From Ignavibacteriota bacterium (GTDB lineage Bacteria; Bacteroidota; Ignavibacteria; Palsa-1295), in contig CAWBEI010000002.1 in NCBI GenBank assembly GCA_963787835.1, positions 1,344,001 through 1,408,000 on the forward strand: a stretch of DNA of 64,000 nt. Direction: 5' to 3'. Position 1 is the first letter of the stretch; every line of letters starts with the position of its first letter. The translations under genes were made by a program, and so were the position numbers. The notes under the pieces were generated by a model, which was not told the DNA's origin, made no database searches, and saw only the letters and a list, made by a program, of their open reading frames with translations. Shown here in pieces: positions 25,172 to 36,491 of the stretch.

Positions 25172-27427
25172 ATGTCAGATACAACACCAACGAACGGCCA
25201 ACAATCCGGCCAAACGCCCGCGTCTGTGGGCGAAAATACTCCGCCTGTGGCTGAGAAAAAAGCCACTGGCGAGAAGCGGCGGCCTGTTTCCGTGGCTCCA
25301 GATAAGGGCAACGGCCAGCAATCCGCGCCAAAACGCATGGGTGGCTCAGGCCAAAAACGCTCCACTCCTCCGCGCGAGGAGATGGATTTCGGCCACATCA
25401 TGCGGACGGTCCTGCTATGGGCTGTGCTGCTGCTTGGCGTTATTTTCCTGGTCGTCATCTTTAATCGCAATAATAATCCGGCGGAGGTCGAGGTTTCCGT
25501 GACGGAATATCAGCAGCTTTTGAATGCAGGCGATTTCATGTCCGGCAAGCTCGAACAATATGGCCTGAACGAATACCGTTTTCACGGAAAACTCCGAGGA
25601 AATATGCCGGTTAAGACGCTCGATAACAAGACCGAAAGTGCGACCGATATCATTGTGAATCTGATTCCGGAAACGCTGAACGATCAGGATAAGCTGTGGC
25701 AGGAAAAGGGTCTGACCATCACCAAGACCGATAGCTCCAACACGCTGTTCGATAGCTTGATCGGGTTCCTGCCGTATGTGATCCTTATTTTCGTCTGGAT
25801 CTTTATCATGCGGCGTATGCAATCCCAAGGCGGTGGTGGCATGGGTGGCGCAAAGGGAATTTTTAGCTTCGGACGGTCGCGCGCCAAGCTTATCACCGAG
25901 AATGCGCCGAAAGTCACGTTCAACGATGTTGCCGGTGCGGATGAAGCAAAAGTAGAACTTGTGGAGATCATCGAGTTCCTTCGGGAGCCTTCGAAATTCC
26001 AAAAGCTTGGCGGAAAAATTCCGCGCGGCGTATTGCTGCTTGGCCCACCCGGTACCGGCAAGACGTTGCTTGCCCGCGCGGTTGCAGGTGAGGCGGGTGT
26101 GCCCTTCCTTTCCATATCGGGTGCGGATTTTGTCGAGATGTTCGTTGGCGTGGGCGCATCGCGCGTACGTGATCTTTTCGATCAGGCGAAAAAGCATGCA
26201 CCCTGCATCGTCTTTATTGATGAGATCGACGCCGTTGGACGTCATCGCGGCGCGGGACTTGGCGGCGGACACGACGAGCGCGAGCAAACACTCAATCAGT
26301 TGCTTGTCGAGATGGATGGCTTCGATCAGAATGTCGGCGTTATCATCATGGCGGCGACGAACCGTCCCGATGTGCTCGATCCAGCGCTGTTGCGTCCGGG
26401 AAGATTCGACCGTCAGGTCGTTGTTGACCGCCCAGATGTTCGCGGGCGTGAGGGAATCCTAAAAGTTCACACGCGCAATACGCCGCTTGGCCCGGACGTC
26501 GATCTTCAGGCACTTGCTCGTGGAACTCCAGGGCTATCCGGCGCTGATCTCGCTAATCTTGTGAATGAAGCCGCACTGCTTGCCGCGCGTCGCGGCGGAG
26601 ACAGGCTCACCATGTACGATTTCGAGAATGCAAAAGATAAAGTGATGATGGGCGTCGAACGCAAGTCTGTGCTCATCAGCGATGAAGAAAAGAAGACAAC
26701 ATCGTATCACGAGTGCGGACACGTTATCGTTGCTAGGTCTATCAAGGAAGCTGATCCGGTGCATAAGGTAACTATTATTCCACGCGGACGCGCACTTGGC
26801 GTCACAAGCTATTTGCCCGTCGATGAGAAGCATACCTATTCACGCGAGTATCTCGAAGCGGTGATCGCGTATGCGCTTGGCGGCAGAAGCGCAGAGAAAA
26901 TTATTTTCAACCAAATCACGACTGGTGCTGGCAATGACATCGAACGCGCGACTGATATTGCGCGCAAGATGGTCTGTGAGTGGGGCATGTCCGATAAACT
27001 TGGTCCGCTGCGATATGGTCAGGCCGAGCAAGAAATTTTCCTCGGTCGCGATTACGGGCATCAGCAAACGTTTTCCGATACGACCGCGCGCATTATTGAT
27101 GAAGAAGTGCGACATATCGTCGAAACAGGTGCCGCACGTGCCGAAGCAATTCTTCGCGATAAAGTAGATGCACTTCACCGCATGGCGACCGCACTCCTCG
27201 AACGCGAGACGTTGGATGCCGGAGAGATCGATCTCATTATGGAGGGCCAGGAACTCCCACCGTTCAGCAAGGATAACCGTGCGTTCAATCTCACTAAGGC
27301 TGTAGAAACATTGAAAAAAGCTGCTGAGAATAAACCTGCTACGAATGGGCAAAGTGAAGCATCACCCAGTACCGAAGGCGAAGAAGCAACCACGATCGGG
27401 CCGGGTGACAAAGGTGATGCGCTGTAA
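25172..27427 (+). CDS. ftsH: ATP-dependent zinc metalloprotease FtsH
   Basis: Two TMs, [36 protein letters not shown] and HECGH zinc motif. Confidence 0.97.
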   Translation: MSDTTPTNGQQSGQTPASVGENTPPVAEKKATGEKRRPVSVAPDKGNGQQSAPKRMGGSGQKRSTPPREEMDFGHIMRTVLLWAVLLLGVIFLVVIFNRNNNPAEVEVSVTEYQQLLNAGDFMSGKLEQYGLNEYRFHGKLRGNMPVKTLDNKTESATDIIVNLIPETLNDQDKLWQEKGLTITKTDSSNTLFDSLIGFLPYVILIFVWIFIMRRMQSQGGGGMGGAKGIFSFGRSRAKLITENAPKVTFNDVAGADEAKVELVEIIEFLREPSKFQKLGGKIPRGVLLLGPPGTGKTLLARAVAGEAGVPFLSISGADFVEMFVGVGASRVRDLFDQAKKHAPCIVFIDEIDAVGRHRGAGLGGGHDEREQTLNQLLVEMDGFDQNVGVIIMAATNRPDVLDPALLRPGRFDRQVVVDRPDVRGREGILKVHTRNTPLGPDVDLQALARGTPGLSGADLANLVNEAALLAARRGGDRLTMYDFENAKDKVMMGVERKSVLISDEEKKTTSYHECGHVIVARSIKEADPVHKVTIIPRGRALGVTSYLPVDEKHTYSREYLEAVIAYALGGRSAEKIIFNQITTGAGNDIERATDIARKMVCEWGMSDKLGPLRYGQAEQEIFLGRDYGHQQTFSDTTARIIDEEVRHIVETGAARAEAILRDKVDALHRMATALLERETLDAGEIDLIMEGQELPPFSKDNRAFNLTKAVETLKKAAENKPATNGQSEASPSTEGEEATTIGPGDKGDAL

Positions 27428-27451
27428 GATTTATTGTTGAAAGGAGATATT

Positions 27452-27673
27452 ATGTCAAGCACACAGGCCATTGCGAAAGTATTTATTACCGCATTTCGTG
27501 CGCTTCCCGATTCAGAAAAGGAAGTGGTAATTGCGAGATTACTCCGAGAGGAAACACAGCCGGAATCTGCACATCCAAAACGAAAGGATGCTATTCAGGA
27601 ACTTATGGAAAACCCGATAATATTTGCCGGTTCCAAGCCACCTTCACGAGACGAAATGCACAATGGCCGATAA
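27452..27673 (+). CDS. putative antitoxin (VapB-like)
   Basis: Small ORF with AAGGAG RBS that overlaps the PIN gene; C-terminal PPSRDEMH. Confidence 0.7.
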   Translation: MSSTQAIAKVFITAFRALPDSEKEVVIARLLREETQPESAHPKRKDAIQELMENPIIFAGSKPPSRDEMHNGR

Positions 27674-28085
27674 TCTCGTATTTTTGGATTCCAATATTTG
27701 GATTTATGCTTTTTCCTCAAATTTCGATAAGCGCAAGCACGGTGCGGCGAATGTGTTGATCGAGAAAAGTAACATCAGTATCAGCGTTCAAATTATCGGC
27801 GAAGTTTGCAATGCTGTTCTCCGAAAAGCTCATGAACCGGAATCAAAAGTTAAGGAATTAATCAATTCTTTTTTCGATCGGTTCGATCCCATTGAAATTC
27901 GAGACCGTGACCAGATGCTTCGTGCAAGTTCGCTTCGCCAGCGATATAATTTTTCTCATTGGGACAGTTTTATCGTTCTTGCGGCTATTGAATCGAATTG
28001 CACCACACTCTATAGCGAAGATATGCACGATGGCCTCATCGTCGAAGGGACGCTTACTATTCGAAAACCATTTAAGGGAGTGTAA
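27663..28085 (+). CDS. PIN-domain toxin (VapC-like)
   Basis: VFLDSNIWIY, SVQIIGE, FSHWDSFIV and LYSEDMHDG. Confidence 0.88.
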   Translation: MADNLVFLDSNIWIYAFSSNFDKRKHGAANVLIEKSNISISVQIIGEVCNAVLRKAHEPESKVKELINSFFDRFDPIEIRDRDQMLRASSLRQRYNFSHWDSFIVLAAIESNCTTLYSEDMHDGLIVEGTLTIRKPFKGV

Positions 28086-28128
28086 GCCACTTACAGGATG
28101 ATGGAGCCCGTTCTTCGTAAATTTCACT

Positions 28129-29091
28129 ATGAAATTCGTTACGTTTCTCTCTAATAACTCTCAGCGCCTTGGTCTGCTCATCGGGAATGAAATTCTCGAT
28201 CTCGAACGCGCCAGCGCAGAGACTGCTCGTCCATTGCCGAATGACATTATAGAATTTCTTCGGCTCGGCGAACCGGCGATGAAAGCTGCGCATAAGATCG
28301 AAGAGACTTCAAAAGATACGAACGCTTTTCGTTCAGCTCGCCATGCGGTCGAGAGTGTAAAGCTCCTTGCGCCCGTGCCGCGCCCTACTTCCATGCGGGA
28401 TGGATATGCGTTCCGGCAACATGTCGAAGCGGCGCGAAGGAACCGTGGTGTGGAGATGATCCCGGAGTTCGATCTTTTTCCAGTATTTTATTTTACGAAT
28501 CATCAGGCAGTCATTGGTCCGGGGCCGATGGAAGTGATGCCGGAGCATTTGAACCGTTTGGATTACGAACTCGAAGCTGCCATTGTGATTGGCAAAGAAG
28601 GCCGGAACATAAAAGCTTCTGAAGGAGATGAATACATCGCCGGATATACTATTATGAACGATTGGTCCGCGCGCGCCCTGCAGATCGAGGAAATGAAGCT
28701 TTCGCTTGGGCCTGCAAAGGGAAAAGATTTTGCGACAGCGATCGGGCCGTGGCTTGTTTCACGCGATGAACTGGCTTCAAAACGAATTCCGAACGAGAAG
28801 GGCGAGCGATACGATCTCACGATGACGGCCAGCTTGAATGGAAAAGAATTAAGCCGTGGGAATCTAAAAGAGATGACCTGGACGTTTGCAGAGATCATCG
28901 AGCGCGCAAGTTACGGCGTTACGCTGTATCCGGGCGATGTTATTGGCTCTGGGACGGTCGGTTCCGGTTGCTTGCTGGAACTGAATGGCTCAAATATTAC
29001 GAATAATTTGTGGGTACAGCTTGGCGATACTGTAACCTGTGCCATCGAGGAACTTGGTGAACTAACTAACACTGTTATAGCGTCGGAATGA
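28129..29091 (+). CDS. fumarylacetoacetate hydrolase family protein
   Basis: LDYELEAAIVIG, NDWSAR, KGKDFAT and PGDVIGSGT. Confidence 0.9.
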   Translation: MKFVTFLSNNSQRLGLLIGNEILDLERASAETARPLPNDIIEFLRLGEPAMKAAHKIEETSKDTNAFRSARHAVESVKLLAPVPRPTSMRDGYAFRQHVEAARRNRGVEMIPEFDLFPVFYFTNHQAVIGPGPMEVMPEHLNRLDYELEAAIVIGKEGRNIKASEGDEYIAGYTIMNDWSARALQIEEMKLSLGPAKGKDFATAIGPWLVSRDELASKRIPNEKGERYDLTMTASLNGKELSRGNLKEMTWTFAEIIERASYGVTLYPGDVIGSGTVGSGCLLELNGSNITNNLWVQLGDTVTCAIEELGELTNTVIASE

Positions 29092-29459
29092 AAAGTGGCT
29101 TGATACTTATAACGTTGTTGCTCGTCATGGGATGTGCGAAGCACGAAAGCGCCGCATCGAGGGATTCCATCTTTGTTCAGCCAAAGAAGGATACAGTGGC
29201 CGCGCCCACTTATAATGACTTACAATCCGGCCTGTGGATCGATTCATCCATTGTGCGGCAGGAGGCGGATAAGAGCGCTCTTAAGCGATTCGAGCCAAAG
29301 CAGGTAATGGAGATCTACGAAGCCTATCGTCCGCTGCGTACACCATCGACGACACCCGCTCAGCTCGATTCCTTTCTCGCTGCGCAGAAAATCACTGCGA
29401 AAGAACTGCACTCGGTGCTTGCGGAAGGCGACCGTCTGGGCTGGTCCAAGGCCCATTGA
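29088..29459 (+). CDS. hypothetical lipoprotein
   Basis: Signal peptide with lipobox VMGC; 4-bp overlaps with both neighbours. Confidence 0.7.
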   Translation: MKSGLILITLLLVMGCAKHESAASRDSIFVQPKKDTVAAPTYNDLQSGLWIDSSIVRQEADKSALKRFEPKQVMEIYEAYRPLRTPSTTPAQLDSFLAAQKITAKELHSVLAEGDRLGWSKAH

Positions 29460-30379
29460 CGTCAATGTCTGCGCAGAACACGCGTCGGGCAAGTTTCGCT
29501 GTGCTCGCAGCGGCGCTGCTTTGGAGCACTGGCGGACTGTTCATCAAAGAGGTAACGCTCGATGCCTGGGGCATCTCGTTCTGGCGAAGTTCCTTTGCGG
29601 CGATCACGATCTCGGTCATATATTTTTTTCAGCGCGGTCGCTGGAGTAACAGCCAAACGAGGTTCAAAGAATGGTTCTCTCCGTTCGTGTTGGGAAGCGC
29701 ATTTTGCTACGCATTGTTGCTGGTTCTTTTTGTGATGGCCACTAAACTCACGACAAGCGCGAACGCCATTTTTCTTCAATACACCGCACCGATCTATGTG
29801 CTCTTTATCGAGCCGATGCTTTCGCGCACTAAAATGAAGCGTGGAGATCTTGGAACGGTTGCGATCTCCACCGCAGCGATGGCACTGTTTTTTATCGGTA
29901 AGTTCGAGCCGCGCGGAGTCTGGGGAAATATTGCGGCCCTTGCGAGCGGTGTTGCATTTGCGACGTATGCCCTGATATTAAAACACGAACGTGCCACCGA
30001 GCAAAGCCGATGGCAGATCGTGATCGTTGGTCACATCCTGATCGCAGGCGCGATGGCGATCGTTGCGATTACCGGCCAAACAAGCATTGCTGTTTCCAGA
30101 GGTGATTTCATGAGGCTGCTGTATCTGGGAATTATCCAGATTGGCATCGCTTACGCGTTCTTTACGTATGGCATTTCGCATGTGCGCGCGATCGATGCAA
30201 CGCTGATCGCAATGGTCGAGCCGGTGCTAAATCCGGTGTGGGTGTTTCTCGGCGTTGGCGAACGCCCAACGAATTATGCGCTCATTGGAGGGCTGATCAT
30301 TCTTTCGCTTTCGATCATTCGGACGGTGCGAGGTTCCAAAGAAACGGTGGAGCTGGAAACCGCTCGTTCCGGCGAATAG
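29456..30379 (+). CDS. DMT/EamA family transporter
   Basis: About 10 TMs; LLWSTGGLFIK, ANAIFLQYTAP and VEPVLNPVWV. Confidence 0.9.
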   Translation: MTSMSAQNTRRASFAVLAAALLWSTGGLFIKEVTLDAWGISFWRSSFAAITISVIYFFQRGRWSNSQTRFKEWFSPFVLGSAFCYALLLVLFVMATKLTTSANAIFLQYTAPIYVLFIEPMLSRTKMKRGDLGTVAISTAAMALFFIGKFEPRGVWGNIAALASGVAFATYALILKHERATEQSRWQIVIVGHILIAGAMAIVAITGQTSIAVSRGDFMRLLYLGIIQIGIAYAFFTYGISHVRAIDATLIAMVEPVLNPVWVFLGVGERPTNYALIGGLIILSLSIIRTVRGSKETVELETARSGE

Positions 30380-30380
30380 A

Positions 30381-31895
30381 TCAATGATGATGAAAACCCT
30401 GATATTGCAATGCTATTAATTGATCGATCAGCGCTTTGCGGGCGGCGTCATTACCACGGCAGTCGATAAACTGAAATCTTTGGGATTCTTTTAGAGGAGT
30501 GCTTGGTGGCAGTGCGTGATCGATGAACGTTCTCGCGAATTGTTTCTCGAAAAGCCCTGACAGATATGGCATGGATGACGGTGGCCGAATAAAGGCAGTA
30601 TCCTGCAAGCCATTGATGCGAACCATGTTTACCGGCTGACCGAAGTACCATCCAAAATCATATTTGGGGAATTGTGCGCCAAGCGTTGCGGCGTCGAGCC
30701 ATGTATCCGTGCTTGGATTAATGAGAATGAGGGTGGAATCGAGCCGTTCCTGCGAGAGCAGTTCACGGGCTTCGTTTTCTCCAGCCGATTCTTCGCGAAG
30801 TTGTGCATAGCTGAAGAGGTTGGATGCGCCATAATAGGAAAACGAAATAGCATCGTTCGATTGTGTTCGGCGTGGCTCTGGCATCGCGATCTCGCTGTTG
30901 ATCTGAAATGCTGGAAGAAAAAAGAAAAGCCCAAGATTGACGGCACAGTAAATAAGTCCGATTCGCCCTACACCGTCAAACTTGTCCATCGTTACCAATA
31001 TCAAACACGGCACAAGGATCGCGGCGTCGTGCAGCATTTCATCCCGCGAAAAAGTATTGGTAAGGAAGAATACCCCGAGGATTACAAACGCCGATTGGAA
31101 ATCCCTGCCGACACCGCCGGCCTTGTGGCGAAAAATGCTTGCCAATAGAACATTTGAAGCAACGATTGCAACAATGATCCCTTGTGCAATCAGGCTGATG
31201 CCGTGCGGAGGAAAGAATTTGGGAATCATCGCAGACCATACGTGCGCTGTTCCAAAATAAAAGATCTCGAGCAAAAGGTAGGATGCCATTCCGATCAATG
31301 CCAATCCGAACAACACAAACGTCTGCTTCGAGCGGGGTCCATACATGGTGTGATGGAGATTTAATCCAACAGTCACCACCGAAATGAGCAAGACGAACGG
31401 CCAGAACCCGATAAAGAGCGAAAGCCCAAATAGAAGCGCTGTCAGTTTGTGATGCTGTGGATTTGGGCTGGTAAAAAGGTAGAGCAGCGTTGTTGCAGCA
31501 AGCAGCGTGAGGAGCTGGGTATCGAAGGTATGAGCTAGCGAGAGGATGGTCACATTTAGCACCAGCATTGCTGCGCCGATGATAGCTCGGCGTTCATCGA
31601 ACATGCGGCGTGCGGTCAGCAGAAAGAAATAAACGGCAAACGCAACAACGATAACTCGAAAAATTACCAACGCCGCGAATGCATCGCCGGTGATAAACGC
31701 GATCACGCGCGGGATCCAAAGCCAATGGACATGCAGCGCCTCGAAGGCATCCGGCGCAGACATCATCCAATGTTCGAGGCTTTGCAGCGTAAGCGCGCTG
31801 GAACCTGTGCCGATCACCGATGGCGGAATGAGCGTCAGAAGGCCAGCCACAAGCGCGATGGCAGGGAAGATCAGGGGTGGGAGTTTATTCGTCAA
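30381..31895 (-). CDS. polytopic membrane protein, possibly GT-C/ArnT-like
   Basis: About 11 TMs followed by a soluble C-terminal domain; the family call is tentative. Confidence 0.55.
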   Translation of the reverse strand: MTNKLPPLIFPAIALVAGLLTLIPPSVIGTGSSALTLQSLEHWMMSAPDAFEALHVHWLWIPRVIAFITGDAFAALVIFRVIVVAFAVYFFLLTARRMFDERRAIIGAAMLVLNVTILSLAHTFDTQLLTLLAATTLLYLFTSPNPQHHKLTALLFGLSLFIGFWPFVLLISVVTVGLNLHHTMYGPRSKQTFVLFGLALIGMASYLLLEIFYFGTAHVWSAMIPKFFPPHGISLIAQGIIVAIVASNVLLASIFRHKAGGVGRDFQSAFVILGVFFLTNTFSRDEMLHDAAILVPCLILVTMDKFDGVGRIGLIYCAVNLGLFFFLPAFQINSEIAMPEPRRTQSNDAISFSYYGASNLFSYAQLREESAGENEARELLSQERLDSTLILINPSTDTWLDAATLGAQFPKYDFGWYFGQPVNMVRINGLQDTAFIRPPSSMPYLSGLFEKQFARTFIDHALPPSTPLKESQRFQFIDCRGNDAARKALIDQLIALQYQGFHHH

Positions 31896-31913
31896 AGGGA
31901 GTAAATTTCTTCG

Positions 31914-31921
31914 TACTTTTG
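31914..31921 (+). promoter_or_regulatory. -7 promoter box (TACTTTTG) for the TlpA pair
   Basis: cgTACTTTTG about 47 bp upstream of the ATG. Confidence 0.5.
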
Positions 31922-31968
31922 TACCAATAACGACCGGAGCGTGATTGCCGCTCCCGTTAAATAATGGT

Positions 31969-33405
31969 ATGAGAACAAAGACACTTTTTATTCTATCTTG
32001 GCTTCTTGCTTCAACTGCAGCCTTTGGGCAGAGTAATTCTACTGGTCATGCAACGATCGTCGTGCTCGCCGATAGCAGCGTGGGGGAGATGATGTATCTC
32101 ATGCGTTTCCATGCACCGGGACTTGACTACGACCACGTTGATTCAGCTATTGTAAAGGATAAGACTGTTTTGTTCACCTTCGATCCCGATCCGATGAAGG
32201 AATACCAAATTCGCCTCGGTCAAAATTACATAGCTGAAGGTATCTACCTAGCGAAGTCCGATAGTATCGTTTTCAAATACTCCCCTTCTGATATAGGTAT
32301 TATTTTTGATCGAATTGGGGCAATTCAGTTTTTTCATGACAGTTCGAACAGACCTCGAAGTCAATGGGACTTTTATAACGATATGGGAATTCAGGATTGG
32401 GATGGAATGTGCGCCTATTCTATGAAGTGTTTGTCAAGAATGGAAAAGTGTGAACCGAAACTTAAGTTACGTTACCCAGAGCATCCAGGATTATTAGATG
32501 CTTTACATGATGTCCTATTTCGATGGTACTATGAGCCACGTTTGAGCTACTTCGATAAATATATGATGTCAGACACGGCTATTGATGCTATCGATACTAG
32601 CCATCTTGCTTTCTTAAATTCCATTCCCTGGAGGGATACTTCTTTAATGCGTGGTTCTGAATTGGAGAATTTGGTTTCAAGTTGGCTTCAGATTGAAACC
32701 TGGCGATGGTGGAAGGATGGAAGAGATACTGCTGGTAAAACTTTTTATGATCGTGAAATTGAATTTGGTTTCAGTCTTCCCGCACCAGCACGAGATGTAG
32801 CAATACTTAATGTCATTAAAAATCTTGGAATGCAATCACCTGAAATGGCGGTGAGATTGGCAGAAAAGGTGTTGGCGAAATATAGGGCACTAGCGACAGC
32901 CTCTGACTATACATTTGCATGTGAGAAGAAATTGGCTGAATTTAGATCAAGGCTTCCTGGCAAAGTCGCACCTACTTTTTCTCTACCCGATACGTCCCAC
33001 AAAATCGTTTCACTCTCGGATTTTCATGGTAAAATTGTTTATCTTGATTTCTGGGGAACTTGGTGTGAGCCCTGTTTAGAAGAGTTGACAGCGCTTATAG
33101 ATCTGCAGAAAAAATTCGAGCATGACACATCCGTTGCGTTCGTGGGGATTGCGCTTGAAGGAGGCGTTGATGACCAGTCGGTAAAGGAATGGTCGAAGTT
33201 CGTGCTGTCCAAGGAACTTCATGGTACCCAGCTTTACGCCGCAAACCAATTCCAGAATGAAGCCGCAGTTCGTTATGGCATTCAAGGTGTTCCCACCTTC
33301 ATGCTCATCGACCGCAAAGGTAATTTCATCGATGCTGCCGCGCCGCGCCCAAGCAGCGGCAAAGCGGAGGATGCCATACGCGCTGCACTCTCAAAATCGG
33401 ATTAG
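31969..33405 (+). CDS. exported TlpA/ResA-like thiol-disulfide oxidoreductase, paralog 1
   Basis: Signal peptide; C-terminal APTFSL...YLDFWGTWCEPC...GVPTFMLIDRKG. Confidence 0.88.
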   Translation: MRTKTLFILSWLLASTAAFGQSNSTGHATIVVLADSSVGEMMYLMRFHAPGLDYDHVDSAIVKDKTVLFTFDPDPMKEYQIRLGQNYIAEGIYLAKSDSIVFKYSPSDIGIIFDRIGAIQFFHDSSNRPRSQWDFYNDMGIQDWDGMCAYSMKCLSRMEKCEPKLKLRYPEHPGLLDALHDVLFRWYYEPRLSYFDKYMMSDTAIDAIDTSHLAFLNSIPWRDTSLMRGSELENLVSSWLQIETWRWWKDGRDTAGKTFYDREIEFGFSLPAPARDVAILNVIKNLGMQSPEMAVRLAEKVLAKYRALATASDYTFACEKKLAEFRSRLPGKVAPTFSLPDTSHKIVSLSDFHGKIVYLDFWGTWCEPCLEELTALIDLQKKFEHDTSVAFVGIALEGGVDDQSVKEWSKFVLSKELHGTQLYAANQFQNEAAVRYGIQGVPTFMLIDRKGNFIDAAAPRPSSGKAEDAIRAALSKSD

Positions 33406-33412
33406 TGACACT

Positions 33413-34861
33413 ATGAAAACACGAAAATTCCTTATGTTCGGTTTGATGTTTATTTCATCGGCAGCTTTTGGGCAATCGAAGCAACTTTCCCAAGCCGCGA
33501 TTACGATCAAGCTTGACAGTAGAGATGTGAAGATGCTGCATCTTGTTTGTGCCCGAGGTGCTGCACTCGATCCGGATGTGATAGATTCATCCATAGCAGA
33601 CCACGATCATCTCTTCCGATTCAATGTTTTCCCAGACCCTTCGACTTCATACGGTGTTATACTCGGAAACGATGGTATCGCGTATCAGATCTATTTGACG
33701 GCAGGGGATAGCCTATATTTTTCTTATTCTTCAATAACTGGAGACACACTGCTGTTTGATCGAATCGGTGCAAACCGAGCCCTGAGATCGGCTCCATGGC
33801 CGTGGAGTCGAAATCGGGAATATTACCACTTTTTCGATTCCCTCAAATTGGACGGATGGCGGGATTACCTTGCCACCATGAGAGACTCGCTTGAAAGACG
33901 AGCAGTTTGGTTCCATACGCATTATCCCGGTCATTTAGGCATTCGTGCGATGCTGGAGAATGAGAGCATCGAAGCATACTATTTTGGAATAATGCATTTT
34001 CTCAGTGAGAATTATTGGGATTCGACTGGTAAGCCTGTGTTGAATGATCCAAAATTATTCAACATTATCGATTCCATCCCGTGGAGGTTGGCATCATTCG
34101 CCAGGAGTCAAGAGGTGTGGGCTGTTGTCGATGCATGGATGAACCTTAAGTGGAAACGATTTAGGCGCGCTGCAGTCGATACAGCCGGAAGTAAGATGTT
34201 CGACAAAGAATTCTCATATGTTCGAGAATTGCCCTCGCCGGCCCGAGATGTGGCTGAGCTTGTCGTTCTATCAGACTGCTCAGATGAGACAACCCCCGCA
34301 GAAGAAGTCCCACTGCTTGAAAGTGAACTCGAATCCTTCCGCGCGCTCTTACCTGATTCGGCCTACCTTACAACATTCGAACGCAAACTTGATGCTTTGC
34401 GCGCAAAACTGCCAGGAAAAGCGGCTCCAGAATTCAGACTTCCTGACACTGCTGATAAACTGCGATCCCTTCAGAATTTTCGAGGGAAAATAGTTTATCT
34501 CGATTTTTGGGGAACATGGTGTCCTCCATGTCTGGAGGAATTGGACTCACTGGTTGCATTGGAGAAGCATTTTGCCGGCGATACCAATGTTGCCTTTGTG
34601 AGCATTGCGCTTGAAGCCCAAAATTTTGCGGACCAGCGAAAGCCGACGTGGCTCAAACTTATATCGGAGAAGAGGTTGTTGGGTACACAGCTCTATGCAG
34701 AGAAGCAATTCAATAATGAATCCGCAATTGCATATGGCATCTCAATTGTCCCCTCATTCATAATCATCGATCGGAACGGAAACTTCATCGACGCCTCGGC
34801 CCCTCGCCCAAGTAGTGGAAAAGCGGAAGCTGCCATCCGTAGCGCGCTTGCTCAACCTTGA
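33413..34861 (+). CDS. exported TlpA/ResA-like thiol-disulfide oxidoreductase, paralog 2
   Basis: Signal peptide and YLDFWGTWCPPC; colinear with paralog 1. Confidence 0.88.
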   Translation: MKTRKFLMFGLMFISSAAFGQSKQLSQAAITIKLDSRDVKMLHLVCARGAALDPDVIDSSIADHDHLFRFNVFPDPSTSYGVILGNDGIAYQIYLTAGDSLYFSYSSITGDTLLFDRIGANRALRSAPWPWSRNREYYHFFDSLKLDGWRDYLATMRDSLERRAVWFHTHYPGHLGIRAMLENESIEAYYFGIMHFLSENYWDSTGKPVLNDPKLFNIIDSIPWRLASFARSQEVWAVVDAWMNLKWKRFRRAAVDTAGSKMFDKEFSYVRELPSPARDVAELVVLSDCSDETTPAEEVPLLESELESFRALLPDSAYLTTFERKLDALRAKLPGKAAPEFRLPDTADKLRSLQNFRGKIVYLDFWGTWCPPCLEELDSLVALEKHFAGDTNVAFVSIALEAQNFADQRKPTWLKLISEKRLLGTQLYAEKQFNNESAIAYGISIVPSFIIIDRNGNFIDASAPRPSSGKAEAAIRSALAQP

Positions 34862-34910
34862 TTTCTGAGATTTCGTGATCTATACTTCTTAATCTCAATA
34901 ATCTCCATAA

Positions 34911-35756
34911 TCACGGTTCAGACAATTCCCAGGTATCTTTCCACACCACTTGCCGTGCTTCGGGCATTTCTCGGCCTAAAAAGCGCTCGCCGACGGCTTG
35001 AAATTTTCGTGGAATATCACTTACAAGCAGGGTGTAATGTGGAGAATCATTCCGAGCGACATTGTCTGCGATCTGTTCTAATCTCAGCATCTCTGCCACC
35101 AGCTTTGCGGCCATTGCCCCGGAATTAATTAGTGTAACGCGTGGCCCCATCGTGCGCTGAATGACCTCAGCAAGTACCGGATAGTGGGTGCAGCCGAGGA
35201 TCAATGTATCGATCTCCTTCACTTTCAGATCGCGTAGATATTCCTCGGCGATCACTTCCGTTGCAACATGATTCGTCCAGCCTTCTTCCGCAAGCGGTAC
35301 GAATAGTGGGCACGCTTTGCTGAACGTCTCGCAAATCTTTCCCTGTATCGAAGCTTCCTCGCCAATAGCGCGTTCGTAGGCTCCGCTTGCGATCGTGGCA
35401 TCGGTGCCAATGATCCCAATTCTGCCATTGTTCGTGACGCGCACCGCCTCCTTTGCGCAGGGGCCGATCATACCGATGACAGGAATTCCATCCGCGACTC
35501 GATCGACCTCCTCAAGCGCCGTCGCGCTTACGGTGTTGCATGCCACGACGATCATTTTTACATCGTAAGCAAGAAGAAGCTCGGTGTCTTCGCGGGCATA
35601 ACGCTTGACCGTCTCGACCGATTTCGTTCCATACGGCAGACGAGCCGTGTCGCCGAAATAAACGATGCTTTCGTTTGGAACCGTCTCGAACAGTTCCTTG
35701 ACGACGGTCATTCCGCCAATGCCGGAATCGAAGATACCGATGGGGCGAACCAGCAT
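34911..35756 (-). CDS. murI: glutamate racemase
   Basis: PIGIFDSGIGG, PYGTKS, VACNT and LGCTHYP. Confidence 0.95.
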   Translation of the reverse strand: MLVRPIGIFDSGIGGMTVVKELFETVPNESIVYFGDTARLPYGTKSVETVKRYAREDTELLLAYDVKMIVVACNTVSATALEEVDRVADGIPVIGMIGPCAKEAVRVTNNGRIGIIGTDATIASGAYERAIGEEASIQGKICETFSKACPLFVPLAEEGWTNHVATEVIAEEYLRDLKVKEIDTLILGCTHYPVLAEVIQRTMGPRVTLINSGAMAAKLVAEMLRLEQIADNVARNDSPHYTLLVSDIPRKFQAVGERFLGREMPEARQVVWKDTWELSEP

Positions 35757-35757
35757 G

Positions 35758-36390
35758 TTAATGCTGTACCGGCGGCGGGGGGGGCGGCGGCATTCCCATG
35801 CTGCCAGGAGCGCCTCCTCGCATGGATGGCGGCGTTTCTGGTTGTTTGCCCATTGGCATGACGGTTCTGTTGACCGTCTTATTGACATATTGATCGATCT
35901 CGCCATTACGTGCCGCGATAAGGTGCGGTTCGACCTCAAGATAATGCTTCCCAGTCGGTGTTTTGAAGAACGGGATCATCGTCTTCAACTCTTCGGCAGT
36001 GAACTGTGCGCGGTACGCGTTGAAAAGGATCTTCTCATCCATATTGTGATCGAGGACCTTCATGACACTATCGTACGCTTTGACGGAGTCGATCTGGCGA
36101 ACCTGAAACAAGTGTCCCATGCGCCCAAGCATTGCTTCGGCGCGTTCCTTGATCGAGGGGGTAGGCTTGATGATCTGGAAAAGTTCTTTGAATTCCGCGT
36201 TGAATGCGGTGCTGTCCGGATAGGACGATTTCAGCATCGGGGTTGGCGGTTCTCCCATGTGTCCGCCGGGGGGTGGCATTCCAGGCGGTGGCATGGGTGG
36301 GGTTCCGGGAGGCGGAGTCTTTATTTGTGCGGACGCCGTTGATACGATAAAAAGAAAACTGAGAAAGGTAACGATGTTTTTCATGTTCAT
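35758..36390 (-). CDS. exported DUF2059-like protein with Pro-rich termini
   Basis: Signal peptide and YRAQFTAEELKTMIPFFKTPTGKHY motif. Confidence 0.7.
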   Translation of the reverse strand: MNMKNIVTFLSFLFIVSTASAQIKTPPPGTPPMPPPGMPPPGGHMGEPPTPMLKSSYPDSTAFNAEFKELFQIIKPTPSIKERAEAMLGRMGHLFQVRQIDSVKAYDSVMKVLDHNMDEKILFNAYRAQFTAEELKTMIPFFKTPTGKHYLEVEPHLIAARNGEIDQYVNKTVNRTVMPMGKQPETPPSMRGGAPGSMGMPPPPPPPVQH

Positions 36391-36491
36391 TTGACCGACA
36401 TAATTGGAAAAGTTCGTGCCGCGATCATAGCGACGAAGCCTGTTAATTACTTTCATGTAAAAAAAGTTTTGACTTTCTTTATATTCTATCC

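Noticed and set aside
25415-26287. 290-aa antisense ORF
   Set aside because: Shadow of the conserved ftsH ATPase region.
34911-35756. Functional link between MurI (a reported moonlighting gyrase inhibitor) and the GyrA-like mini-protein
   Set aside because: They are separated by two genes and on opposite strands; proximity alone is not evidence.
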